From positions 32,001 through 96,000 of IMG/VR virus record IMGVR_UViG_3300033463_000010: 64,000 bases of DNA; one strand, given 5' to 3'. Origin of the DNA: a virus (taxonomy: Duplodnaviria > Caudoviricetes). Of this stretch, positions 9,088-19,415 are shown piece after piece. Both the position numbers and the translations under genes were made by a program. Within the stretch, counting starts at the first letter, position 1; each line of letters starts with the position of its first letter. Under the pieces are notes generated by a model. The model searched no databases. It saw only the letters and a program-made list of their open reading frames with translations, and was not told the origin of the DNA.

Positions 9088-10312
9088 TATTGCAGATAGC
9101 TCTACTTCTCTTGAAGCTATGAAGTCTGCCAACGACGACTTCGTTGAACTCATTTTGAAGTTGAAGTCCCTGCTTAATGGCAAGGAACCCGTCACGTTCA
9201 ATATGGGTAAATACAGTATAACCGTGCAGTCCGTCCTGGATTTGATTTCTAACTACAAGGACGGCAAGTTTGACGAACTGTATTTGGGCGGTCAAGGCGT
9301 TGGGAAGAAAGTCAAGTTGTCCGTTGACGCTAACGGTAATTTGTGCGTCACCGATACCGACGGCTACAAGGTTTCCGTATCGTGCAGCAAGATAATTTCT
9401 GCGACCATTCAGCAGTGCTACGCAAAGTATGTCACTGCAAAAGACGTGCGTATAAGTTCGCTTGAAGGCAGGACTTCTGTTAAGGGTGGTTCCGTCAAAT
9501 TCTCTAATATGTCTTTTGAGAATTTGAAAGTCAACAACCTGGAAGCACAGAAAGTCAAGACTAACGTTTTGAACGTTGAGTCTGCCCTTAACTGCGACGG
9601 CATTCTTCTTACGGGTGTTCGTAAGTTTGCTCCGCAGCTTGTTCGTAGAATGTTCTATCGTGACAACAGCCCGATAGACAATGCAGCGAACTCGGTAGTT
9701 ATTGAAAACAACGTGTGGAATATGAACGCAGGTGGCGGTAAACTTTCCCCGCTTGATTTTGGGTTCTCGGAGGCAGAAAACCCGACGCAGTTGCAGGCTA
9801 CTTCTGCGGTGCCCGACATTATTCAAATTTGTGGGAATAATAAGTTTAGTGATTTCACGACACGGAGTCAAGTTTTCTTTAAGACATACAAGCAAGCTAT
9901 GACCGTCCCTGGGAATGTTGCTGCGTATGTGTCTGCTCCGAACAGCGATAGCTACTATGATATAGCGTTTGAGGGCAGTAACTATTCGTTTGCTGCTTTA
10001 ATGGCATTCCCTACGGGTGGTTTTTCTTCTACGCTTACAGAAAAGGGTGCGTTATACCTTACGTCGTTCTCTGCCAACGATATTGGTAAGGAAATCTATT
10101 ATCAAACCTATGACCAGGATTGGTATATTTACAGGACGATGATTTTGGCGTATTCGTCTGCAACTGCAAAGATACCCGCTGTTGGTTTCGGTGCTTACAC
10201 GAAAATTCCTAAATACTCTTGTGTTCGGTTTATCGTGGGTTGCACGGACGAAACCAAAACCGAGGGTTCGTCTTCTTCAAGAACTGTAACTTACTCTTTG
10301 GATTTATCGTAG
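9080..10312 (+). CDS. Putative tail fibre/spike protein
   Basis: Operon context; beta-helix-like 5-residue periodic segment (ENLKVNNLEAQKVKTNVLNV). Confidence 0.5.
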   Translation: MASIADSSTSLEAMKSANDDFVELILKLKSLLNGKEPVTFNMGKYSITVQSVLDLISNYKDGKFDELYLGGQGVGKKVKLSVDANGNLCVTDTDGYKVSVSCSKIISATIQQCYAKYVTAKDVRISSLEGRTSVKGGSVKFSNMSFENLKVNNLEAQKVKTNVLNVESALNCDGILLTGVRKFAPQLVRRMFYRDNSPIDNAANSVVIENNVWNMNAGGGKLSPLDFGFSEAENPTQLQATSAVPDIIQICGNNKFSDFTTRSQVFFKTYKQAMTVPGNVAAYVSAPNSDSYYDIAFEGSNYSFAALMAFPTGGFSSTLTEKGALYLTSFSANDIGKEIYYQTYDQDWYIYRTMILAYSSATAKIPAVGFGAYTKIPKYSCVRFIVGCTDETKTEGSSSSRTVTYSLDLS

Positions 10313-10315
10313 CTT

Positions 10316-11698
10316 ATGTTGAACGCTCATACTGCCATACGGACTTTTAGGGAACTTCAATTTGACGTAAGGGCTTTCCTTTACGCCCTGTATGACATTT
10401 ATCCCGCAGAGGGTCACGAAGACAAGGGCGTTGTTGAAATCAAGTGGTCCGACGGCTCCGTTGACGTTGTTCCGACCTTTGAGTTTGTTCGGGGTATGTG
10501 CAACGCAACGTTCTTGAAAGTTATTGTTGGCGGGTTAGCAGAACTAATCCCCGAAATTACTACAATCCCTATCCAGGGCGGTAAGTATCAAAAGACTACG
10601 CTCAACCTGGACATTAAGGGTGCCCCGCTCAAGGCTAACTTCCCCGAAATCGGTGATACCGATACGGATTTGACGGTTGACGGTGGAACGATTGTAAAGC
10701 TAGTCGCAGACACCGTTGAACTTCCGTATGACGCAGTTATTTCAAAGGTGGAAGCTACCGAAGAACTTTATTCTACTAATGCCGACGCTACGTCCGCTGA
10801 AATCGGGCAGCTTTATCTTGAAAACGGCAGCATACTGACACGGGGCGACTCCCCGTATTCCTACCCGTTTACGCTTGACTTGTCAAAGGTTGCGTGGAAC
10901 CAGGCTTTGCAGTTGGGGACCAGGTTTAGAGGTTCGTATGACTTATCCTGCTACACGCAGACGCAATACAGCGGGAATGCCGTAGGGTTGTTTAAGGTTA
11001 CGGGTTATTTCCGCTACGATACCGTAGGCTATGCCGAATACGCAGGTCATTTCAAGCGTTATCACGCAGGTGTTATCGTTGAAATTCCTGTGTTCAAAAG
11101 CATATCCTATGGCGGTTCTGCAAGGGGTGGTAGTTACACTAACATAGAGTTTGAAACTTACCCTATGCCAAAGGTGAATTACCCCGATTATAGTATGACC
11201 GAGGAAATGCCCGTTTCGGAAATTCCGAACATAGTTATGCTCTATCCGTTCAAGGAAACACGAACAAAGGACCATTGGTATGGCACCTGTTATATGACGC
11301 TGCGTGAGCCTACCGAGGACGAACAGGATAGGATTGTGACTGTCCGCAACCCGACTTCAAAGACGCTTAAACTTTGCAACGCTTGGGCGTTTTCTGTTGC
11401 GAATAAAAGGCGTGAAACTGTAAGGGGCGGTTCTAATTGGATTAGCTCTGCTGTAAGAGCAGCCACGGATATTGCTATCGGGTTTAGTAGCCCATTCTTG
11501 GGTGCAGCCGTAGTAGGCGGTGCTTCTACGACTACACAGGACGATACGGTTTACGGCTCCGTTGAAGATTTGAACTATATTGAAATCCCCCCGTTTTCGG
11601 CAATAGATTTCCTGTTCCAATGGGAAATTAAGGGTGGACTTCTGTATGCGTATATGCTCCCAATGTTTATGCCGTTGACGGGCGACGGTAACGATTAA
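10316..11698 (+). CDS. Putative tail fibre/spike protein
   Basis: Operon context; architecture similar to the two preceding ORFs. Confidence 0.5.
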   Translation: MLNAHTAIRTFRELQFDVRAFLYALYDIYPAEGHEDKGVVEIKWSDGSVDVVPTFEFVRGMCNATFLKVIVGGLAELIPEITTIPIQGGKYQKTTLNLDIKGAPLKANFPEIGDTDTDLTVDGGTIVKLVADTVELPYDAVISKVEATEELYSTNADATSAEIGQLYLENGSILTRGDSPYSYPFTLDLSKVAWNQALQLGTRFRGSYDLSCYTQTQYSGNAVGLFKVTGYFRYDTVGYAEYAGHFKRYHAGVIVEIPVFKSISYGGSARGGSYTNIEFETYPMPKVNYPDYSMTEEMPVSEIPNIVMLYPFKETRTKDHWYGTCYMTLREPTEDEQDRIVTVRNPTSKTLKLCNAWAFSVANKRRETVRGGSNWISSAVRAATDIAIGFSSPFLGAAVVGGASTTTQDDTVYGSVEDLNYIEIPPFSAIDFLFQWEIKGGLLYAYMLPMFMPLTGDGND

Positions 11699-11703
11699 GG
11701 GGT

Positions 11704-14691
11704 TTGCTAATGAACGATTTCATTGATACAAGTTACAAGCGTTCCTACATTGTAGTGTCTGCGTCCGCAGACGGTGTTGTTCTGCGTCCTGTTGAAGACG
11801 AAACCTTGCTGTCCTATTGGCGTGAATTTTTGTCGGGTTACATTACTGACCCGCTGCCCGAAGACGTGACACCGATAATCACGCTCACGCAGTTGCCTAT
11901 TGAAGTTTTGAAAGTTGACGCTTATGTGGATTACGTCGTGGAATATCCCCGTGTGTCCGTGTCTTATGGCAGCTATTCCGTTGACGTATCGGATAGGGTT
12001 TCGGTGAATCACCCGAACCCCGAAACGCCTGGGTTGTATGCCCTGGACTTCACGATTTCAGTGAGTGGCGAAAAGACTACACCGATTTGGCGTTCCTGGG
12101 TTTCTATTGAGGAACCTCCGCTGCTCCGACATATTGTGACCCCGTGGAACCGCTCTAACAAGGCTCTTGCGGACTTGAACCGTCTTGTCATTGAGCCACA
12201 GTTTAACGAGGCTCTTTACGAAGCAGGTGTGCCCATTTACAACTTCCAACAGGCTAACGCTCCCGCAGCGGTCAGTCAGTTTGCTGCGTTGAAGTATAAG
12301 GATGCCCGTGCTATCGTGATTGACAACCGCCTGTTTATTTCGGGTCCACGTCTGCCTGTTGGAACCGAAGTGACCGTGAACGGTATGACCCGTATGTTGG
12401 GTGTTACACTTGTTTGCCCGCAGTTCTCTAACCAGGACGTTTACACAAAGGGCGACGTGGTTAGCTACTGTGGTTCGGACTACTACGCACTTGACGACGT
12501 TCCGACAAGAAAATACCCCGACCCGAACGACGAAACGAAGACTATAACGGGTAGCGTCTTGCCGACGGCTACTTTTTCCGAAGATGGGGTGGACCGCACG
12601 TATTGGCTGCGGGGTTGCTATTATTCCGTTGCTCCGATGTATTTGCCCGACGGTGAGTATGAACTAACGTCGCTTTGGGCGGTCCTGGACGTGAGCGGGT
12701 ATATGTTCAAAATGGACCTGCTCCGTGCGTTCCCCGTCCGTCACTATTGGGGTCATTACGACAGAAAGTATTTCCTGGATTACGCAGCGGGCGACCTGGT
12801 GTCGGTTGTTGACGACAACGTAATTACGCTCTATCAGCGTAACGAAACGTCCATAGCCGAAGACGGTATTGAAGAAGCCTACCGCCCTGGTCACTATTTG
12901 AACCCGCATTGGACGGAAGTGTATTCTGCGTCCAATAATTCTATGCTGCGGGACCCGATTATCAAGCCTTACACTAATTCCACGAATGCGGTAATTAGTA
13001 AGACGTGCCCCGCCCGTGAAGAAGCATTCCGTATTTATGCGAAGTTGGTTGACATTCCGTTCGCACTTGTGGACGCATTGGGTTCAAAATACAGCGTCCT
13101 GTTATGGGCGTTGCTTTACAGGACCCGTGAAACGTTCCCAGGCATTAAGGCTGCGATGAACGCTATCGGTATGGAATTATCCAACCTGCGTAGGGCTAGT
13201 CCGTCCGTTGTCTATTCGCAGTATAGCGAGGGCGGTATTCAGTCCGAAATCAAGGACGTTTATACCGAAATCGGAAAAGTCAAGGAAATCGCAAAGTCCG
13301 TAAAGGCTGACAAGGTTTGGACCGAGGGGCGTTCCTTGCTGTATAAGGACGACCCCGACGTTGACGTTCCGTGGATTAGGTATTCGCAGGAAGGCGAAGA
13401 CCCCGACACCGTTTGGATTTACAAGCGTAACAGCGGAACGTCGGACGCAGGTAGTTGGGAAAAGTTCTATTCGTTTGTCCATATCGGTAGCGATAGGGAT
13501 ATTTCGGAATATGACTACTCCGTGAACAACCGCTATTACAGGGCAGACGCAAGCCTGTTGGACCGTTTGGCAGAAGACGGTGTTATTGATATGGGCGACG
13601 GCTTGCAGTGGATTGACGACGACACCTTTGTGGGCTTGTCGCTCGCACTCACTACGCTGCTTTCCTACGAAATCCCGATTTACATTTATTTCCGTTTGAA
13701 GGTCCGTCTTGCGACCGTCGGTCACACCCGTCTGCGTGGGATTTCAAAGCCTGTGTTCTTGCAGGATTCCTGGGGCGGTCCTATCGGTCTTAAACTGTTC
13801 CCTGGCAAGTATTTTGATTTTGTAACTATGGAAGTCGTAGAATGCTATCCGACTGTGTTCTATGTCTATGCGGACGACCCCGAAGACAAGCCGTCAAGTG
13901 ATAGCCCCGACACGGATTGGACGAAGTGCGTTGAGTTCGTGGATATGGGCACCTACCGTTATTACCCGTTTGACAGGGCTGTTTACTTGCGTATAAAATA
14001 TACGGGTGACAACGCTTCGCTTATTTACAGGGTAGCCCGTGGCATTGACTACGACGATAGAGAAGAGGGCGTAACCCGTTTCAAGTGGTGTTGGACTTCC
14101 CGTTACACAATCGGCTGTCTAGGCAACTCCGAATCGCCAGGAACAGACGATTACAAGGTTCGTCCAGGCGACCACGGTTTTGACGGCTTTGAAGACGCTA
14201 CTCAAATGAACCCGACGGACAACGACCGCCACGGCTCCGATATTTACTTGTGCAAGGGTATCGCTGCAATTACGCTGCGTATCGCTACGGACAACTTGAA
14301 AGTTACCGCAGAAGCTATGCAGTGGCAGTATATTTTCAATGACCCCGAATGGACTATGGGTGATACGGAGGACGCTTTGCGGTTTGCGGGTTGGCACCCA
14401 CTTGACGGTGTGAAAATGATAGGCTGTTGGGTTGGTGACGTTGCGTCCTTTAAGAGTATGATTTACAGGGTTACGTCACCCGAAGTAAGCAATTTGGAAT
14501 GTCAGTGGGACACCGACGAACCTACCTTAAAAGTCCGTGGTGGCATTCCACGCTTCCTGTATCTGTGGGACCGCCAGGGGTTCATTAGGGGTATGCTTAT
14601 CGTCCCGTTCACGGACCGTTTGGTTGACAAGATAGACAATCCAGGCGAGGACGATTGGCAGTTCAAGTTTACGTTTGATGTAAGTGAATAG
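11704..14691 (+). CDS. Large baseplate wedge-type protein (gp7/I-like candidate)
   Basis: 995 aa; LYRTRETFPGIKAAM resembles the wedge motif; CBM5/12-like insertions. Confidence 0.5.
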   Translation: MLMNDFIDTSYKRSYIVVSASADGVVLRPVEDETLLSYWREFLSGYITDPLPEDVTPIITLTQLPIEVLKVDAYVDYVVEYPRVSVSYGSYSVDVSDRVSVNHPNPETPGLYALDFTISVSGEKTTPIWRSWVSIEEPPLLRHIVTPWNRSNKALADLNRLVIEPQFNEALYEAGVPIYNFQQANAPAAVSQFAALKYKDARAIVIDNRLFISGPRLPVGTEVTVNGMTRMLGVTLVCPQFSNQDVYTKGDVVSYCGSDYYALDDVPTRKYPDPNDETKTITGSVLPTATFSEDGVDRTYWLRGCYYSVAPMYLPDGEYELTSLWAVLDVSGYMFKMDLLRAFPVRHYWGHYDRKYFLDYAAGDLVSVVDDNVITLYQRNETSIAEDGIEEAYRPGHYLNPHWTEVYSASNNSMLRDPIIKPYTNSTNAVISKTCPAREEAFRIYAKLVDIPFALVDALGSKYSVLLWALLYRTRETFPGIKAAMNAIGMELSNLRRASPSVVYSQYSEGGIQSEIKDVYTEIGKVKEIAKSVKADKVWTEGRSLLYKDDPDVDVPWIRYSQEGEDPDTVWIYKRNSGTSDAGSWEKFYSFVHIGSDRDISEYDYSVNNRYYRADASLLDRLAEDGVIDMGDGLQWIDDDTFVGLSLALTTLLSYEIPIYIYFRLKVRLATVGHTRLRGISKPVFLQDSWGGPIGLKLFPGKYFDFVTMEVVECYPTVFYVYADDPEDKPSSDSPDTDWTKCVEFVDMGTYRYYPFDRAVYLRIKYTGDNASLIYRVARGIDYDDREEGVTRFKWCWTSRYTIGCLGNSESPGTDDYKVRPGDHGFDGFEDATQMNPTDNDRHGSDIYLCKGIAAITLRIATDNLKVTAEAMQWQYIFNDPEWTMGDTEDALRFAGWHPLDGVKMIGCWVGDVASFKSMIYRVTSPEVSNLECQWDTDEPTLKVRGGIPRFLYLWDRQGFIRGMLIVPFTDRLVDKIDNPGEDDWQFKFTFDVSE

Positions 14692-14708
14692 TAGTCCTTA
14701 AATAAAAG

Positions 14709-14850
14709 TTGCATTTATAACTAAATAAATGTATATTTAGTGTAAAGATTGTTAGAAAGTTACGGTTCTAATAATAGGAAGAATTTTTAAGAAAGCCTGC
14801 AAAGGCTTAATCCTGTCATTACCGTAACTAATGGCAGGATTTTTTGTTTT
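14709..14850 (+). promoter_or_regulatory. Promoter and structured leader of tnpB-1
   Basis: TTGCAT-17-TATATT; three hairpins, the last followed by a T-run. Confidence 0.6.
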
Positions 14851-16089
14851 ATGGTAATCACAAAAGGCATAGAGTTACGGTTAGACCCTACGAAGGCACA
14901 GAAGATATACTTCAATAAGTGTATCGGTTCCGAACGTGTAGCCTATAACGCTATGCTGAATACGAAGATTACATTGTATCGTAATTATGGTGTTAAGAAT
15001 TTTAGCCCTAATTGGAGTTCATTAAAGGACTTCTATCCGTGGATGAAGGACGTAGATAGTCGTTGCCTTAATTATGCTAAAATAGAAGTGGAAACGGCTT
15101 TTAAGAATTGGTTTAGGTCTTTGAAAAACGGAGGAAATGTAGGTTTTCCAAAATTCAAGAAAAAGGCACACGCAGGAAAGTATCATAACACTTCAATGCC
15201 TAGCACACCCGACAGATTGTTCAAGGGTAACAGGATATTCATACCTGTAATCAAGTGGGTTAAGTTTAGGGGCTATAAGAATTTAGACCTTAAACATATC
15301 AAGAAAATCCGCAACTTAACTATTAAGCGGACGAACACAAATAAGTATTTTGTGTCTGTATGCTGCGATGTAGAAGTTCAAGAATACGAACATACAGGTA
15401 GTTGCGTAGGACTTGACTTGGGTGTTAAGGATTTAATCATCACTTCAAGTGGTGAAAAGTTTGAAAACAAGCACTTATTGAAGAACTCCGAAAAGCGTAT
15501 AAAGCATTTACAAAGAATTTTATCTAAAAAGAAGAAAGGCAGCAAGAACCGTGAGAAAGCACGGCTTAAACTTGCTACCGCCTATGAGAAACTAGGCAAC
15601 AAGAGAAAAGATTACCTTCATAAACTGACAACGAAAATTGTTCGTGAGAACGACATAATCTGCATAGAGGACTTGAATGTTCGTGGTATGCTCAAAAACC
15701 ATAAACTAGCAAAGTCTATATCCGATTGTTCGTTCTCAATGATACGGTTTATGCTGTCATACAAGTGCGGTTGGTATGGACGAAAACTTGTCGTGATAGA
15801 CAGGTGGAGTCCGACTAGCAAGTGCTGTTCCTGTTGCGGACACGTTATCCCCGTTATTGGCTTGGGTGTGCGGGAGTGGGTCTGCCCTAAATGTGGTGTT
15901 TGCCACGATAGGGACGTAAACGCAGCAAAGAACATACTTGATGAAGGTTTAAGACTTTTAGATGTAGGGTGCGTTCCACCCGAATTTAAGCCTGGGGAGA
16001 ACCCGCCTATGGATGACCGTCTAGCGATAGACCTAAAAAGTAGTGGTTCTGCGAAGCAGGAATCCTGCACGGCATTAAAGTGCGGGTAG
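14851..16089 (+). CDS. tnpB: TnpB RNA-guided endonuclease, IS200/IS605 type (tnpB-1)
   Basis: LRLDPT N-terminus, GLDLG, IEDLNV, CSCCG/CPKCG zinc ribbon, DRDVNAAKNI; element ends in GGGTAGTTCAC at 16094. Confidence 0.93.
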   Translation: MVITKGIELRLDPTKAQKIYFNKCIGSERVAYNAMLNTKITLYRNYGVKNFSPNWSSLKDFYPWMKDVDSRCLNYAKIEVETAFKNWFRSLKNGGNVGFPKFKKKAHAGKYHNTSMPSTPDRLFKGNRIFIPVIKWVKFRGYKNLDLKHIKKIRNLTIKRTNTNKYFVSVCCDVEVQEYEHTGSCVGLDLGVKDLIITSSGEKFENKHLLKNSEKRIKHLQRILSKKKKGSKNREKARLKLATAYEKLGNKRKDYLHKLTTKIVRENDIICIEDLNVRGMLKNHKLAKSISDCSFSMIRFMLSYKCGWYGRKLVVIDRWSPTSKCCSCCGHVIPVIGLGVREWVCPKCGVCHDRDVNAAKNILDEGLRLLDVGCVPPEFKPGENPPMDDRLAIDLKSSGSAKQESCTALKCG

Positions 16090-16189
16090 TTCACGCAATA
16101 TACCAACAGGATTATATTTGTTAGTCGTAGTATAATATATTATATTTAGACTGTATGTTAAGGAACAAAGCCCTGGAGGAATTTTAGCT

Positions 16190-16996
16190 ATGGCGACCAA
16201 ATATGATATGCTCACTAACGAGGGTAGCCTTGCGTTAGCCCGTGCCGTTTCTACGGGAGCTAAACTTGTAATCCGTGGGGCGACGCTCTGTAATGTTTCT
16301 AGCGGTATGGCTTCGGTGGACGAAGTGGCTGCACTTAAATGGTCCGATATTTCGTCGTTTGCTCTTGAAGACGCAGACTTGCCCTGCACAAGCTACCTGC
16401 CGTGTATGTATGACAGCCAGGGTGCCGAAACGGGAAAGCCTATTGCTGCCCTGGATATTGAGTTTACGTTTATGCCGTCGGGTGACGTTGAATACAACGT
16501 TATAGCTGTTTTGGCAGACCTTTACTATATGTTCGCCCCGTTCGCAAAGAACGGCAACTACAAGACGGGTGACACCGTTTGGTATTTGGGCAACAACGAC
16601 GTGTATGAGTATTACCGCTGTATTGAATCCGTGGATAGCTCCGATTACCCGCAGAACGATACGACCCATTGGGAGTCGGTTACGGTTTACAACCAACTTG
16701 ACACGTCCGTGTATAACGGCAATCTGCAATACAAGACAATCAGCGACGAACCTATCTTGCTGTATGTTTCAAAGACGGCAGGCGTTGTCAATATCGGTCC
16801 CGAAATTGAAATTGACTACAAGGTTCGTTTGTATCTTGAAGGTGTCAAGAACGCTGCGGACGTTAAGGAATACGTTGTCTTTGATACGTTGGGTCCCGAA
16901 TTTATGGCTTCCACACAGATGGTGCTTTTGGCTGAATTTGCCGACGCTATGAAGCATATCCGTGACGTAGCCGTTGAACGGGCGGGGAGGTCCTAA
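16190..16996 (+). CDS. Putative baseplate/tail-fibre attachment protein
   Basis: LTNEG..ALA N-terminus typical of fibre-attachment proteins; YKTGDTVWY motif. Confidence 0.55.
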   Translation: MATKYDMLTNEGSLALARAVSTGAKLVIRGATLCNVSSGMASVDEVAALKWSDISSFALEDADLPCTSYLPCMYDSQGAETGKPIAALDIEFTFMPSGDVEYNVIAVLADLYYMFAPFAKNGNYKTGDTVWYLGNNDVYEYYRCIESVDSSDYPQNDTTHWESVTVYNQLDTSVYNGNLQYKTISDEPILLYVSKTAGVVNIGPEIEIDYKVRLYLEGVKNAADVKEYVVFDTLGPEFMASTQMVLLAEFADAMKHIRDVAVERAGRS

Positions 16997-17587
16997 ATGG
17001 CTGTTAGTCTGCGTGACGTTCTTGACGAAGAACTTAACATTGAAACCGAAGAACTCATTACGGACGAAGTTATCCTTCGTATGTATCGTAAGGCGGTTCA
17101 TTGGTATCGTAAATACCGTCTGTTCCCCCGCACGAACACCTACAACTATTCCATTGAAAGCAGTGACTACGTTCCCGACATTCTTATGGACCAGGTTGTT
17201 ACCGTTGACGGTAAGACGGGTAAGTTGTCGGAGTTCGTTGAAACCAGGACCAGGGTGTTTAACGGGACGGGGACAATTATTGTCACTATCGCCTTGAATG
17301 CGAATAACGCTTATTTGGCGGGTCTTCCCGAAGAATTGGAAAACCTGTTCGTGTCGCACTGCAAGGTCGTGATAGGTCAACGCTTGAAGTTCTCTAAATA
17401 CCCGTCGCAGCCGATTGAGTTGGACGGTCCAGGTATGTTTGCCGAGGGGACTGAGGGCGTTGAGTATTGGAAGAACTTTATTATGATTAACCGTGACTGC
17501 GACCCCGAAAACATTACGGACTTGCGTAACGAAGCCTACACGGGCATTCCAAAGCCGTATTTCTATTCGGGCAGACGGGTTTGGTAA
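16997..17587 (+). CDS. Neck/head-completion protein (T4 gp13-like)
   Basis: CKVVIGQRLKF...IELDG..MFAEG matches the gp13 C-terminal pattern. Confidence 0.6.
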   Translation: MAVSLRDVLDEELNIETEELITDEVILRMYRKAVHWYRKYRLFPRTNTYNYSIESSDYVPDILMDQVVTVDGKTGKLSEFVETRTRVFNGTGTIIVTIALNANNAYLAGLPEELENLFVSHCKVVIGQRLKFSKYPSQPIELDGPGMFAEGTEGVEYWKNFIMINRDCDPENITDLRNEAYTGIPKPYFYSGRRVW

Positions 17588-17598
17588 AAGGGGATTTT

Positions 17599-19347
17599 AT
17601 GGCTAATGTCACTAGGGGCACACTGCTTGCCACTTTAAAGGAATTGAGAAAACATAAACGACCGAAGACTTCAACGGCTGCTGTGTCTGTGCAGGCTATT
17701 TGCCCGAAGCAGGTGGTTACGGCTGACAGAAACGCTGAATTGAAGGCATCCATTGAAAGACGTAGGGCTGTTTTGAATGGGGGGTTGAACAAACCCTTTT
17801 ATGTTTTATCCATTGACGATATTTCATTACTGAATAGGTTGGTCACTTTACACGATTACAGAACTCCATATAACGGTGAACAGTATGGGGAATTGTTCAT
17901 TCATTGGTTTTATCGTAATAGGTCAAGGGATTGCTTGTCTAGGTGCGAAATTTTCCATTTGAATATGTTGCAGTATTTCAATGCGGTGGACAAGGTGAAA
18001 GTAATCCACGTTCGTTGTGCGTCTATGCTCCCTATGACGGGTGCTATGCAGAAGGCTGTTGAAATTTTGTCTTGTGGCAGGGCTACGGTTGATTTTAAGA
18101 TTGTCCAACAGAAGTCATCGTGGGAGTATGATACTTTCAAGGAATGTGTGGAGTATGCTTCTAATTCGGGGGCATTCGTGTATTATACTCATTTTAAGGG
18201 GGTTTCCCGAATAGGGGACGATACATTAGGTATGGACCGTAAATATGTGCAAGATAGCACCGATTTGGATGTTTTGTATTGGTGCTACTTGCTGTATATG
18301 GGTCTTTTTGGTAATAAGGTTACAGCAAATGCAGTAGGACCTATACGAACAAACAATCACAGATTATTAAAAGTATATTCCGATAATGATTGGACCCGAA
18401 ATATCAAAGATAATCAAGACTTTTTTTATAGGGGTAGTTTTCAAGGTTTTTCGGGAATAGCCTTAAACGAAAACTTAAAAGAATTAGGGGTTTCTTTGGA
18501 AAAAACATTACCCGTGGGGACACATACAGTTGAGTTGTGGTTAAGTGCTGTTTTTAAAGAGAAAGAAATATACTCCATACCTTTTACAAGCCTTTCTATG
18601 AATACCCCTGGTTATCACGAATATGCAAAGAACGTATTTCCGTTGCATAAGAATTTGTTTAAGGCTGCTTATACTGTGGTAGATAAATTAGTATTGTCTA
18701 GGATTGTGGTATCTATGACATCTTGGAAAGCACGTATAGGTAATGTATATGCAGTTATCCAAAGTCTATTGAATCAATGCCGTGTCCCTAATTCTATTGA
18801 GTTAAATTTGGCTATTGTGGAATTTCCTAATAAAGAAAAAGACTTACCCATAGACTTACAAAATCTTGTGAATGATTCCAATTTAGTTCATATAAATTGG
18901 GTTAAAAAAGATACTAATGTGTTTAAGAAAATAATACCTACTTTACAGAAGTATATTGGCGAAGATTACATTATGTTATCTGTGGACGACGATATTATTT
19001 ATGATTCGGCATATATCACACAAATGCTTTGTTTATTGGGTAGTGCTGATGTGGCTTGTGCCGATATAGGGTATGTAGGCTTTAAGTCTATATGCCGTTC
19101 AAGTGTGTTTGGTCCCGATTTTTGGGAATTACTGACAAATGACGTGGTTAATTGTAGAGTGGATGATGCCTATATTTCGGAATACCTTAATCGTAAAAAA
19201 GCGGTATGCGTATATGAGCCTCGCAAGGAAATACTTTCATTGCTGCACGATTATAACCCTGTATCGCCTAATAGTTCTTTTTTGGAAGGGTATTCAGCAG
19301 AAAAACTTAAAAAGGCTCATTTGGCTGTTATGGAAGCCTTAAAGTAA
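17599..19347 (+). CDS. Two-domain glycosyltransferase
   Basis: N-domain YYTHFKGVS; C-domain IVVSMTSWKARI, KKIIPTL, SVDDDIIY (GT-A DxD). Confidence 0.75.
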   Translation: MANVTRGTLLATLKELRKHKRPKTSTAAVSVQAICPKQVVTADRNAELKASIERRRAVLNGGLNKPFYVLSIDDISLLNRLVTLHDYRTPYNGEQYGELFIHWFYRNRSRDCLSRCEIFHLNMLQYFNAVDKVKVIHVRCASMLPMTGAMQKAVEILSCGRATVDFKIVQQKSSWEYDTFKECVEYASNSGAFVYYTHFKGVSRIGDDTLGMDRKYVQDSTDLDVLYWCYLLYMGLFGNKVTANAVGPIRTNNHRLLKVYSDNDWTRNIKDNQDFFYRGSFQGFSGIALNENLKELGVSLEKTLPVGTHTVELWLSAVFKEKEIYSIPFTSLSMNTPGYHEYAKNVFPLHKNLFKAAYTVVDKLVLSRIVVSMTSWKARIGNVYAVIQSLLNQCRVPNSIELNLAIVEFPNKEKDLPIDLQNLVNDSNLVHINWVKKDTNVFKKIIPTLQKYIGEDYIMLSVDDDIIYDSAYITQMLCLLGSADVACADIGYVGFKSICRSSVFGPDFWELLTNDVVNCRVDDAYISEYLNRKKAVCVYEPRKEILSLLHDYNPVSPNSSFLEGYSAEKLKKAHLAVMEALK

Positions 19348-19366
19348 TAGATTTTTTAATAGGGGC

Positions 19367-19396
19367 TTGACCCCCTGTTGGGTATTTTGTTATATT
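19367..19396 (+). promoter_or_regulatory. Repeated phage promoter (variant)
   Basis: TTGACC-18-TATATT with GGTATTTTGT. Confidence 0.6.
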
Positions 19397-19415
19397 AACT
19401 CCGCAGGAGTTATTT

